Source: Aliarcobacter sp. | GTDB taxonomy: Bacteria; Campylobacterota; Campylobacteria; Campylobacterales; Arcobacteraceae | Reading direction: 5' to 3' | DNA length: 64,000 bases | Assembly: GCA_028688995.1 (NCBI GenBank) | Contig: JAQTXB010000004.1 | Coordinates: 35,636 to 99,635, forward strand | Shown: one piece after another, positions 55,610 through 64,000 of the stretch | Numbering within the stretch: position 1 is the first letter of the stretch | Layout of the letters: every line of letters begins with the position of its first letter | Notes under the pieces: model-generated | Database searches by the model: none | What the model saw: only the letters and a program-made list of their open reading frames with translations | Told to the model about the DNA's origin: nothing | Position numbers and translations under genes: made by a program

Positions 55610-56420
55610 TAGTTATCTTATATTTTAGTAATACACCAAATATTGTAAATGTTGAGATACCAAACGATAATAAAAATATTTTTACTAATTCAGTAAATAT
55701 ATTTATATTAATATCTACTATTTCGTGTAGTTCTAGTGGAAATAATACAGTCATATTATTTGAAACATAATATAAAAATCCGGCTGAAATTAAAAAAGCC
55801 AATAATGAACTTAATAGGGCATAATTTAATATTGATGAAGCACTATATAAAATTGAAGCTCCATGTAGTCTTAAAATCGATATTTTGACACTTTGTTCAT
55901 GAAACCATAGTTTTATCTGTTTTGCAATAATGATTATTGCAAAAATAGTAATAATAAAAAATAGTATGAAAGATACACTATTTAATAAAAGTAAAAGTAA
56001 ATATATTTGGTTATGATTTTTATAAAAAACTTCAACTTTTTTTACATTTTTATTTTGTAATAAAGTTTGTTTAATATCATCTAATTCACTTGTTGTTGGA
56101 AAAATTTCTAAATAAATTTGATAAAAATTTGGAAGTTTTTGCTTTAATAATTCTACAGAAGTCTCTGATAAATTAGATTGAATACTTGAAATAATTTTAT
56201 CATTTGGTAAATTCTGTATTTTTTCTACTTTTATACCAGCTAACTCTTTTATAGAATCTTTTTCTAAAGGAGTAATAGTAACAATAATTATAGAATAATC
56301 CCTTGAGATTTTAGATTTATAATTATCAACTACATTATCTATTAATAAAAATATAGAAAAAGTAATTAACATTGAAAGTAAAGGAATTAAAAAAGCAAAT
56401 AAATTCTTAAGAAACTTCAT
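55602..56420 (-). CDS. ftsX: Cell division permease FtsX
   Basis: TM-periplasmic-3TM layout; ILRLHGAS; follows ftsE. Confidence 0.85.
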   Translation of the reverse strand: MKFLKNLFAFLIPLLSMLITFSIFLLIDNVVDNYKSKISRDYSIIIVTITPLEKDSIKELAGIKVEKIQNLPNDKIISSIQSNLSETSVELLKQKLPNFYQIYLEIFPTTSELDDIKQTLLQNKNVKKVEVFYKNHNQIYLLLLLLNSVSFILFFIITIFAIIIIAKQIKLWFHEQSVKISILRLHGASILYSASSILNYALLSSLLAFLISAGFLYYVSNNMTVLFPLELHEIVDININIFTELVKIFLLSFGISTFTIFGVLLKYKITND

Positions 56421-57069
56421 AAATAATTCCATCCTCAATAGATAATTGTCTAAACTTAATTCCTAGATTTTTAGGAACTCTATGTGTTACAACCACAATT
56501 GTAATTCCTAATTGTTCATTTGCACCTTTTAATAAATTCCATACCACTTCTGCTGAAAAATCATCAAGATTTCCTGTTGGTTCATCTGCTATTATTATTT
56601 TTGGATTATGTGCAAGTGCACGTGCAACTGCTACCCTTTGTTGTTCTCCACCACTTAATTCATTTGGATAGTAACCAGCTCTGTGAGAAAGTCTTACATG
56701 TGCTAATAGTTTGTTAGCTTGGTCTTTTGATATTTCATCCGAATAACCATTGATTTTAAGTGGAATCATGATATTTTCTTCAATAGTATATTCATTTATT
56801 AGTTTATAGTCTTGAAAAATAATACCAATATCTTTTCTTAAAACCCTTAATTTTTTACCTCTTATCCCAAAAACTTCTTGATTTTCTATTTTCAAACTAC
56901 CATGTTTTAAAGGAATATCTCCATAAAATGATTTTAGAAGTGTTGACTTTCCACTTCCAGAATTTCCACCAATGAAAATAAACTCCTTAGGTTTAATAGA
57001 AAAGTTTCCTTTTTTAATAACATATTTATTGTCATCATATGAAAGATAAATATTTTTTGCTTCTATCAT
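56407..57069 (-). CDS. ftsE: Cell division ATP-binding protein FtsE
   Basis: GNSGSGKST; IFQDYKL; LSGGEQQRVAVARAL; ADEPTGNLD. Confidence 0.92.
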   Translation of the reverse strand: MIEAKNIYLSYDDNKYVIKKGNFSIKPKEFIFIGGNSGSGKSTLLKSFYGDIPLKHGSLKIENQEVFGIRGKKLRVLRKDIGIIFQDYKLINEYTIEENIMIPLKINGYSDEISKDQANKLLAHVRLSHRAGYYPNELSGGEQQRVAVARALAHNPKIIIADEPTGNLDDFSAEVVWNLLKGANEQLGITIVVVTHRVPKNLGIKFRQLSIEDGIIYEVS

Positions 57070-58259
57070 TTACTTAAAATCTCTTTTAATTTTTCATGGG
57101 CATTTATATTTGAACTTGTTGGAAGTGGATTCCCCTGATAATAAGAAATACTTCCTTCTTTAACATAAAGATATTTTGTTACAGGTCTATCAAAATTTCC
57201 CATTGTTATTTTAATTAATCCAGAGTTTTCACTATTTTCAATAGTATAAAGCTCTTCCACATGGATAAAATAGTTTTTTTCTATTATTGATTTTGTTGGA
57301 ATTGTTTTTAATGTTTTAAGAAAATCTATTTTAAAATCAAAAGAGAAATCAAAATTAAGATTTATATTTTCATCTTCATTTTGTGCTTCTAAAACTACAT
57401 CATAGATATTTTTCCCTTGTTTTTTCCATCTATCTTCATATTTACTTGATACTGCTAAATCTTTGTTTATATCAATTGTAATTCTTCCTTTTGGAAGATT
57501 TGTTAAAACTTCTGTACAAAAATCAAAATATTTTCTACTATCAGTTCTAAGTTCTAAAGTTCCACCAACTTTTAAAACCCTTAATGCTTCGTTTACAAAC
57601 TCATTAGAGTATATTCTTCTATGTGGTTTTTTATCCCAAGGAACAGGAAAATGTACAAATATTTTTCCAACTTTATTTGATTCTATAAATTCCATAAAAA
57701 GTCTTGCATCGTAATTTACAACTAAAACATTTGTGATATTTTGAATTTCTAGTTGTTTTAATAACTGTTCAATTGATGGATAGTGGATTTCAAGTCCAAT
57801 AAATTGAATATTTGGATTTTCTTTTGCTTGGTGTAAAAGATGTCTTCCACTTCCAAAACCAATTTCTATTTGAATCTCTTTATCTGTATTAAATTCATCA
57901 ACAAAATAGTTAATATCTTTTAAATATTGGTGTTTTGGTTCATTTTTAAATTTTAAATTATTTGTATTTGAAAATAAAATATTTGAATTATTTAGATTAA
58001 CATAGGCATTTAAAGCATTTTTTACTAAAGTAACAGGTGAAATTCTTGTTACTTTATCTGCTTTAATCATAAAATTATCATCTTTTGGTTTTAGTGATAA
58101 TAAAAACTCTTTACCTTCATTTTTTAATGCAATTTTGTACTCAATTCTTCTTACTTTTTCAGTAAAATTATAAGACTTTGCAATAAATTCAAAATCTATC
58201 CCATCTTTTTGTGAGGGAATATTAATTAACTCTTTTTTTTCAAATACTATATGTGGCAT
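57066..58259 (-). CDS. trmB: tRNA (guanine-N7)-methyltransferase, long form
   Basis: IEIGFGSG; HFPVPWDKKPHRR; LRTD; SKYE. Confidence 0.93.
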   Translation of the reverse strand: MPHIVFEKKELINIPSQKDGIDFEFIAKSYNFTEKVRRIEYKIALKNEGKEFLLSLKPKDDNFMIKADKVTRISPVTLVKNALNAYVNLNNSNILFSNTNNLKFKNEPKHQYLKDINYFVDEFNTDKEIQIEIGFGSGRHLLHQAKENPNIQFIGLEIHYPSIEQLLKQLEIQNITNVLVVNYDARLFMEFIESNKVGKIFVHFPVPWDKKPHRRIYSNEFVNEALRVLKVGGTLELRTDSRKYFDFCTEVLTNLPKGRITIDINKDLAVSSKYEDRWKKQGKNIYDVVLEAQNEDENINLNFDFSFDFKIDFLKTLKTIPTKSIIEKNYFIHVEELYTIENSENSGLIKITMGNFDRPVTKYLYVKEGSISYYQGNPLPTSSNINAHEKLKEILSK

Positions 58260-58270
58260 TTATCTTCTTA

Positions 58271-59329
58271 TTATAATTTTATTTTTTCTGATATTGAATC
58301 AATTTTATTTTCTTCAAGTTTTGCTAAATTTGAACTTGTACTAGAAAGATTATTAAAACTCATTCCTTGAACTGAATCACTATTACTTTCTAAACCATCT
58401 TTATCTACAGCAATAACTTTGTAATAGTAAGTTTTCCCACTATTTTCTGTTGTATCAATGAATTCTAAAGTATTAGCATTAACTTCTTTTATTTTTGAAT
58501 ATCCAAAAGCACTAAATGTACTTCTGTGTATTTCATATTTTACAACATCTGCAGTTGGAGAAGCGTTCCAAGAAACTATGATTTTTTTAGGTTCACTATT
58601 TGATGCTCTAACATTTGTTGGACTTGCAGGAAGAGCTTTTGTTTTTCCAATAACTACTTTTGTAGGAGCTGCTTCTACATCATCAAAGCTAAAGGCTTTA
58701 ATTCTATATTTGTAACTTGTATTGTTATCTAAACCTGTATCAACATATTCAGCTTGAAGTCTTTCATTTATAGTTTTTAATAAAATCCATTCGTTAATTA
58801 ATGTATTATATTTTTCAATTCTATAATATCCTACTCTTTTATCTGGATGCGGTCTCCATAACAATTTTACACTGTGTGGTAAATTAGAAATTGCTTGCAT
58901 AAAATCAACAGGTACAATTCTTGGAAGAGTCTCAACTATATAAGCATCAGTAGTTTTTGATTCATATCCACCTTCAATTCTTGAAGAGATTTGATAAGCA
59001 TATTTTGTTTTTGGCTCTAGACCTGTGTCTACATAGTGAGTTGCATATTTACTATCAAGTACTTTTACAAGTTTTAATTCAGTTGATTCTTTATTTAGTT
59101 CTGTTCTATAAAAGTTATAACCGATTACTCTTGGGTCATTTACTTTTTCCCATTCAAAACCTATATTTGCCATATCAGGAATAGATTTTATTGAACTATA
59201 GTTTACTATTTCAACAGAGTTGTCTAATTTTGGTTTTGATGCAGGATTTAAAGTATCCATTACATCTGCACAACCACTAAATAAAAGTATTAAAGTAGCT
59301 AATGATGTTGTTTTCATTAAGTTTATCAT
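58271..59329 (-). CDS. Fibronectin type III domain lipoprotein (FlpA-like)
   Basis: Lipobox FSGC; three FN3-like repeats (W...Y...D.GL...Y.Y). Confidence 0.85.
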   Translation of the reverse strand: MINLMKTTSLATLILLFSGCADVMDTLNPASKPKLDNSVEIVNYSSIKSIPDMANIGFEWEKVNDPRVIGYNFYRTELNKESTELKLVKVLDSKYATHYVDTGLEPKTKYAYQISSRIEGGYESKTTDAYIVETLPRIVPVDFMQAISNLPHSVKLLWRPHPDKRVGYYRIEKYNTLINEWILLKTINERLQAEYVDTGLDNNTSYKYRIKAFSFDDVEAAPTKVVIGKTKALPASPTNVRASNSEPKKIIVSWNASPTADVVKYEIHRSTFSAFGYSKIKEVNANTLEFIDTTENSGKTYYYKVIAVDKDGLESNSDSVQGMSFNNLSSTSSNLAKLEENKIDSISEKIKL

Positions 59330-60263
59330 TTATATTCTCCTCTTGAAAATTAGTATTTAAAAATTCATCCATATCTTTTGGTAAATTTGCTTTGAATCTC
59401 ATTTGCTTATTTGTAATAGGATGAGTTAAATAAAGATAATAAGCATGTAAATAAAATCTGTTTATTTTATTTAATTCGCCCTTAAAACCATATAAATTAT
59501 CTCCCAATATATGCCTATTTATCGAACTTAAGTGAACTCTAATCTGATGAGTTCTTCCTGTGAATAATTTGGCAACAATTAATTCAAAATTTTCTTTATT
59601 GCTCAATGAAAGTTTATGAAATGCAGATTTTGCATTTCTTCCATTTTCATCAATTGCCATTTTAAGTCTATTATTTTGACTTCTAGCTATTGATTTATCG
59701 ATTATTATATTATCTTTTAGAGGCATATCTACAATTGCAAGATAATATCTTCCCATAGATTTGTCTTCTAGTTGTTTAGATAGTCCTAAATGTGCTTGAT
59801 TTGTTTTTGCAACAACCATAACACCGCTTGTTCCTTTATCTAATCTATGAACTATTCCATGTCTTTCTTCACCACTTATTGTTGATAATGAGATGTTATT
59901 TAGTTTTAGCCAATCAACTAAAGTTGCATCTTTTACGCTTGGAGCATCATGCACTGTTAGGTTGTAAGGTTTATTTATGACTAAAATATCATTATCTTCA
60001 TAAATGATTTCAACATTTTTATCTTTTAAAGATTCTTTGACAAAAATTTCATCTTTTACTGGATTTAATTCAGCCTCAGGAAAGTGAACATCAACACTTT
60101 GATTTTCTTTTAACTTAAGTCCTGTTTTACTTACAATTTTGCCATCTACTCTTACGTACTCTTTTTTAATTAATTGTTCAATTTGATTTCTTGAAGCATC
60201 AATATTTGATGCTAGAAATTTATCTAGTCTATTTGTTTCAGAAACAATAAAATTTTTATCCAT
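59277..60263 (-). CDS. rluD: RluD-like 23S rRNA pseudouridine synthase
   Basis: S4 domain RLDKFL; HRLDKGTSG; TGRTHQIRVH; LHA. Confidence 0.88.
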   Translation of the reverse strand: MDKNFIVSETNRLDKFLASNIDASRNQIEQLIKKEYVRVDGKIVSKTGLKLKENQSVDVHFPEAELNPVKDEIFVKESLKDKNVEIIYEDNDILVINKPYNLTVHDAPSVKDATLVDWLKLNNISLSTISGEERHGIVHRLDKGTSGVMVVAKTNQAHLGLSKQLEDKSMGRYYLAIVDMPLKDNIIIDKSIARSQNNRLKMAIDENGRNAKSAFHKLSLSNKENFELIVAKLFTGRTHQIRVHLSSINRHILGDNLYGFKGELNKINRFYLHAYYLYLTHPITNKQMRFKANLPKDMDEFLNTNFQEENINDKLNENNIISYFNTFI

Positions 60264-60282
60264 ATTTAGATACTCTTTCACT

Positions 60283-61389
60283 ATGCGATTATTTGATAAA
60301 AGAATTATTTCCCATTTTGATTATTTGTTAATAATATATGTTTTACCTTTGATATTTATATCATACCATTTAATTGGTGAAACTAACGAAAGGTTAGCTA
60401 ATAAACAGTTAGTTTATTATGCTATTTCTATTTTTGTATTTATGTTGGTTTTTATTTTACCAATTAGAAAAAAGATTAGAATAATACCTAGTTTATATTG
60501 GTTAGGAATTATATTATTAGTTGCTGTTGAGTTTGTTGGTATTACAAAATTAGGTGCAGCTAGATGGCTTCCAGTTCCAATTTTAGGTACTACAATACAA
60601 CCATCAGAGTTAATTAAACCTGTATTTATTTTGATGCTTGGCTTTTTAATACAACATAAACCACCACCAAAAAATGGTTATAATTTTTTAGATTTTTGTT
60701 ATTTTTCTTTTTATATTTTATTGCCATTTATATTAATTGCAAAAGAGCCAGATTTAGGAACAGCGCTTGTTTTACTTTTAGTAGGTTATGGAATCTTATT
60801 TGTTGTTGGTGTAAATTGGAAAATATGGGCAACCATAATTATTGTAATTGGTATTTCATCACCATTTATTTATACTTATTTAATAAAAGATTATCAGAAA
60901 AAAAGAATAACAGATTTTGTTTCAGAAGAGCCAAGTTATCATGTTCAACAATCAATTATTGCAATTGGTTCAGGTGGACTCACTGGAAAACAAAGTGAAG
61001 ATGCAACCCAAACACAACTTAAATTCTTACCAATCGCAACAAGTGATTTTATTTTTGCATATTTTGTAGAAAGATATGGATTTATAGGTGCTATTGGATT
61101 GATATTTTTATATGCCATTATAGTTATACATTTACTTAGTATGAACTATTATTTTAAAGATGATTATATAATAAGAGTATTTGCCTCCGGTTTAGGACTT
61201 CTAATTTTCTTTAATATGAGTGTTAATATTTTGATGGTAATTGGTTTTGCACCTGTTGTAGGAATTCCTTTACCATTGTTTTCTTATGGTGGAAGTTCTT
61301 TTATTAATTTTATAGTTACCTTTGCCATTTTAGAAAATTTACTGGCATTTAGATATATGAATTTATATAATTATGAAAGAAAATTATAA
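60283..61389 (+). CDS. rodA: SEDS protein RodA
   Basis: GAARW; QPSEL; EPDLG; TDFIF-like SDFIF; PLFSYGGSS. Confidence 0.88.
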   Translation: MRLFDKRIISHFDYLLIIYVLPLIFISYHLIGETNERLANKQLVYYAISIFVFMLVFILPIRKKIRIIPSLYWLGIILLVAVEFVGITKLGAARWLPVPILGTTIQPSELIKPVFILMLGFLIQHKPPPKNGYNFLDFCYFSFYILLPFILIAKEPDLGTALVLLLVGYGILFVVGVNWKIWATIIIVIGISSPFIYTYLIKDYQKKRITDFVSEEPSYHVQQSIIAIGSGGLTGKQSEDATQTQLKFLPIATSDFIFAYFVERYGFIGAIGLIFLYAIIVIHLLSMNYYFKDDYIIRVFASGLGLLIFFNMSVNILMVIGFAPVVGIPLPLFSYGGSSFINFIVTFAILENLLAFRYMNLYNYERKL

Positions 61390-61414
61390 AAGGGAAAAGT
61401 TTAAATTTTCCCTT
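61390..61414. terminator. Bidirectional terminator
   Basis: AAGGGAAAA-GTTTAAA-TTTTCCCTT between convergent genes. Confidence 0.65.
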
Positions 61415-62120
61415 GTTTTTCTAAAACTTGATTTAAAATTTCCAAGTCATAAATTGAATCACCACATGCTTTTTTATCAGTTATTATATTTATAATTTCT
61501 TCTTCTTTTTCATCTACATAGTTATTATTTAAAATATAATCTCGTTTCAATAAATCTAAGTTATTAGGATCTGCACACAAAGAATCCTGAATTTGTTTTT
61601 TAAACTTATTTTTTAAGTTTTCATCTTCTAAATGAACTTCACTAAGTTGGTATTGATAATAAATAGTATGTTTTTCTTTGTAAATATCAATTAAAGTTGC
61701 ATTCATATCAACTTGAATTGGTAGCTGTTCTTTATAACTTTCTATCTCTTTTTCTAAATCATAATCATCATAAAAATAAAATTTATTAACTTCTATAAAA
61801 AAATTCATTGAAAAGAATAGATTTATAGTTACAATTACTTTTGATAAAAATGACCATAATTTAAAACCTTGATATTTATTTGCAGTTCTAAAAATAGTTA
61901 AAAATATAGTAATTGCATAAATAGTGATTATTATATAGATAATTAATTCAACATAACTATCTCTATTTTGTGCATAAACACTATCCATAAATATTGTTTC
62001 AAAAAATACTTCAATTAAAAATGTTATAAATATGAACCAAAACCAAAATACAACCCAAAGGGAAGTTTCACCATTTACTAATCTATTGAAATAGCTTTTA
62101 TTTTCATTTATTGTCATCAT
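61401..62120 (-). CDS. Membrane protein, hypothetical
   Basis: LWVVFW N-terminal three-TM segment plus a soluble domain with two Cys. Confidence 0.65.
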   Translation of the reverse strand: MMTINENKSYFNRLVNGETSLWVVFWFWFIFITFLIEVFFETIFMDSVYAQNRDSYVELIIYIIITIYAITIFLTIFRTANKYQGFKLWSFLSKVIVTINLFFSMNFFIEVNKFYFYDDYDLEKEIESYKEQLPIQVDMNATLIDIYKEKHTIYYQYQLSEVHLEDENLKNKFKKQIQDSLCADPNNLDLLKRDYILNNNYVDEKEEEIINIITDKKACGDSIYDLEILNQVLEKQGKI

Positions 62121-62125
62121 TTTCC

Positions 62126-62914
62126 TTAGTATAATCTATATTGTACATTAAATCTTAGCTTCGTTGATGTTTGAGGTTTAGGATAATCTTTATATGCAAT
62201 CTCTATTAATTCAAGGGAATAATCATCCAAAACTGCATATCCAGATGAGCTAATAACTCTTAAATTTGTAATACTTCCATCAGGATGAAACATAAATTCA
62301 ATAACATTTACTCCACCAATTTTTAGTTTTGCTGCAAGTGGTGGATAACCTAATCTATTTAAAACCCTTTGAGTGATAGTTTGAAAGTTGTTTAGATTTT
62401 TTTCTAAATAAGCTTTTTGAACATTAGTGAATTTATCATATTCTTCACCATATAATTTTTGAAGTTCATTTAGAATTTCTTTACTTACAGGTTCTTTTTG
62501 GGCTAAAAAATTTTCTAAAGTTTTATCTTGAAGAGATTCTTTTTCATTTACAATTTGTTCATTTAATACTTTTTTTTGTAAATCTTTTGATTTCTCAATA
62601 TCAACTTTTTTAACATAATCAACTTTTTTCTGAATCTCTTTAGGTATTATTTCTTTTTTTGTAACTTCTTTATTTACTTTAGGAGATTCCACTTTTTTTT
62701 CAATCTTAGGTTCAACTTTAGGTTCAATTTTTTCTTCAACAGTTTTATTTATTACAGGTTCTTCTTTTTTGATTTTTACAAATTTTACATCAGATTTTTT
62801 AATTGTTTTCTCTTCTGTATCATTATTTTTTAGAAATTCATCATTCTTATAGATCTTAAATAGAAAGAAATGTAAAGATATTGAAATAATAAAGGCAAGT
62901 ATAATAATTCTCAT
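62126..62914 (-). CDS. TonB family energy transducer
   Basis: N-terminal anchor with ISLH; EPK/Lys-rich linker; YPPLA...G.NVIEF...G C-terminal domain. Confidence 0.85.
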   Translation of the reverse strand: MRIIILAFIISISLHFFLFKIYKNDEFLKNNDTEEKTIKKSDVKFVKIKKEEPVINKTVEEKIEPKVEPKIEKKVESPKVNKEVTKKEIIPKEIQKKVDYVKKVDIEKSKDLQKKVLNEQIVNEKESLQDKTLENFLAQKEPVSKEILNELQKLYGEEYDKFTNVQKAYLEKNLNNFQTITQRVLNRLGYPPLAAKLKIGGVNVIEFMFHPDGSITNLRVISSSGYAVLDDYSLELIEIAYKDYPKPQTSTKLRFNVQYRLY

Positions 62915-62963
62915 AGCGCGATTATAATACAATTACGCTAATAAATGATTAATAGGAATATAA

Positions 62964-64000
62964 ATGTTTAATAAATCAATTAAAGCTTATGAAGAAGCTT
63001 GTGAAGTAATTCCCGGAGGAGTTGATTCACCAGTTAGAGCTTTTAAAAGTGTTGGAGGAACACCACCTTTTATTGAAAAAGGGGAGGGTGCTTATCTATT
63101 TGATATAGATGGAAATAAGTATTTGGATTTTGTGCAAAGTTGGGGACCACTTATTTTTGGTCATTGTGATAAAGATATTGAAGATGCTGTTATTGAAACT
63201 GCAAAAAAAGGTCTTTCTTTTGGTGCACCTACACTTCTTGAAACACAATTAGCAAATGAAATTGTTGAAATGTTTGACAATATTGATAAAGTAAGATTTG
63301 TAAGTTCTGGAACTGAAGCTGTAATGAGTGCAATTAGATTAGCACGAGGAGTTACTGGAAAAAATGATATTGTAAAATTTGAGGGTTGTTATCATGGACA
63401 CTCTGATTCGCTTTTAGTACAAGCAGGGTCAGGAATGGCTACATTTGGTAGTCCAAGTAGTCCAGGGGTTCCAGCAGATTTAACAAAACATACACTTTTA
63501 TGTGAATACAATAATATTGAAAATTTAAAAAAATGTTTTGCAGATAGTAGTGATATTGCTTGTATTATAATTGAGCCAATTGCTGGAAATATGGGATTAG
63601 TTCCAGCAAGTGATGAATTCTTAAAAGCTTGTAGAGAATTATGTGATGCAAATGGTGCCTTACTTATATTTGATGAAGTAATGACAGGATTTAGAGCTTC
63701 ACTTAAAGGTGCAAGTGGAATTTTAAAAGTTCAAGGTGATATTATTACGTTTGGGAAAGTAATCGGCGCTGGAATGCCAGTTGGTGCTTTTGCTGCTAAT
63801 AAAAAAATTATGGGACATTTAAGTCCAGATGGAGCTGTTTATCAAGCTGGTACTTTAAGTGGAAATCCTGTAGCTATGGCTGCTGGATTAGTAAGTCTTA
63901 GAAAATTAAAAGCAAATCCTTCTGTATATACTGAATTGAGTGAAAAAGCTTTAAGATTAGTGAATGGTTTAAAAGACGTAGCTAATAAAAATGGTATCTC
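62964..64000 (+). CDS. hemL: Glutamate-1-semialdehyde 2,1-aminomutase, 3'-truncated by the window edge
   Basis: [12 protein letters not shown]; SGTEA; YHGH; FDEVMTGFR; TFGKVIG; QAGTLSGNP. Confidence 0.97.
   Translation, partial: MFNKSIKAYEEACEVIPGGVDSPVRAFKSVGGTPPFIEKGEGAYLFDIDGNKYLDFVQSWGPLIFGHCDKDIEDAVIETAKKGLSFGAPTLLETQLANEIVEMFDNIDKVRFVSSGTEAVMSAIRLARGVTGKNDIVKFEGCYHGHSDSLLVQAGSGMATFGSPSSPGVPADLTKHTLLCEYNNIENLKKCFADSSDIACIIIEPIAGNMGLVPASDEFLKACRELCDANGALLIFDEVMTGFRASLKGASGILKVQGDIITFGKVIGAGMPVGAFAANKKIMGHLSPDGAVYQAGTLSGNPVAMAAGLVSLRKLKANPSVYTELSEKALRLVNGLKDVANKNGI

Noticed and set aside
60264-60282. Only 19 bp between divergent rluD and rodA, plus the rluD/FN3-lipoprotein overlap
   Set aside because: Appears to be the ordinary compact core arrangement of Campylobacterota; promoters inside the opposite gene explain it
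58-60998. Short antisense or alternate-frame ORFs in the track (e.g. 58-252, 6185-6397, 14078-14356, 17221-17442, 17698-17982, 30883-31128, 42943-43341, 43900-44280, 54673-55002, 60696-60998)
   Set aside because: They lie entirely within well-supported genes, lack an SD or motif, and have compositions typical of shadow ORFs

Overview
An AT-rich chromosomal window from a Campylobacterota bacterium, most likely Arcobacteraceae (inferred from the hydABCDE operon, long-type DapD and TrmB, and the rluD/rodA/ftsEX/envC gene order). It has three parts. (1) A split hydrogen-metabolism locus: TetR regulator, cytoplasmic group 2d-like [NiFe]-hydrogenase, membrane-bound hydABCDE, VIT1-like protein and hypF at 0.9-13 kb, then a Ni transporter, a His-rich NifX-like protein and hypBCD-mazG-hypEA at 39-45 kb. 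(2) A 14-39 kb accessory region with an orphan FdhF-like molybdoenzyme, thiI, a radical SAM enzyme, a diguanylate cyclase, an MCP and an MFS transporter. (3) Housekeeping genes from priA to hemL (partial). No tRNA, rRNA or CRISPR array was found. The most unusual signals: a ~2 kb island at 33.3-35.6 kb, bracketed by a 224-bp duplication of the diguanylate cyclase 3' end, holding three ~113-bp REP-doublets with compensatory stem changes separated by cassette-like pieces of truncated and small membrane-protein genes; two shared motifs (a TGAAT-N4-ATTCA palindrome and a 19-27 bp asymmetric box) linking the hydA, Ni-transporter and hypB promoters about 36 kb apart; an apparently catalytically dead IS1595-like transposase beside the Ni/hyp genes; two genes that appear to start at ATT; and five candidate leaderless genes. 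All of this comes from reading the sequence by eye; no searches were run.
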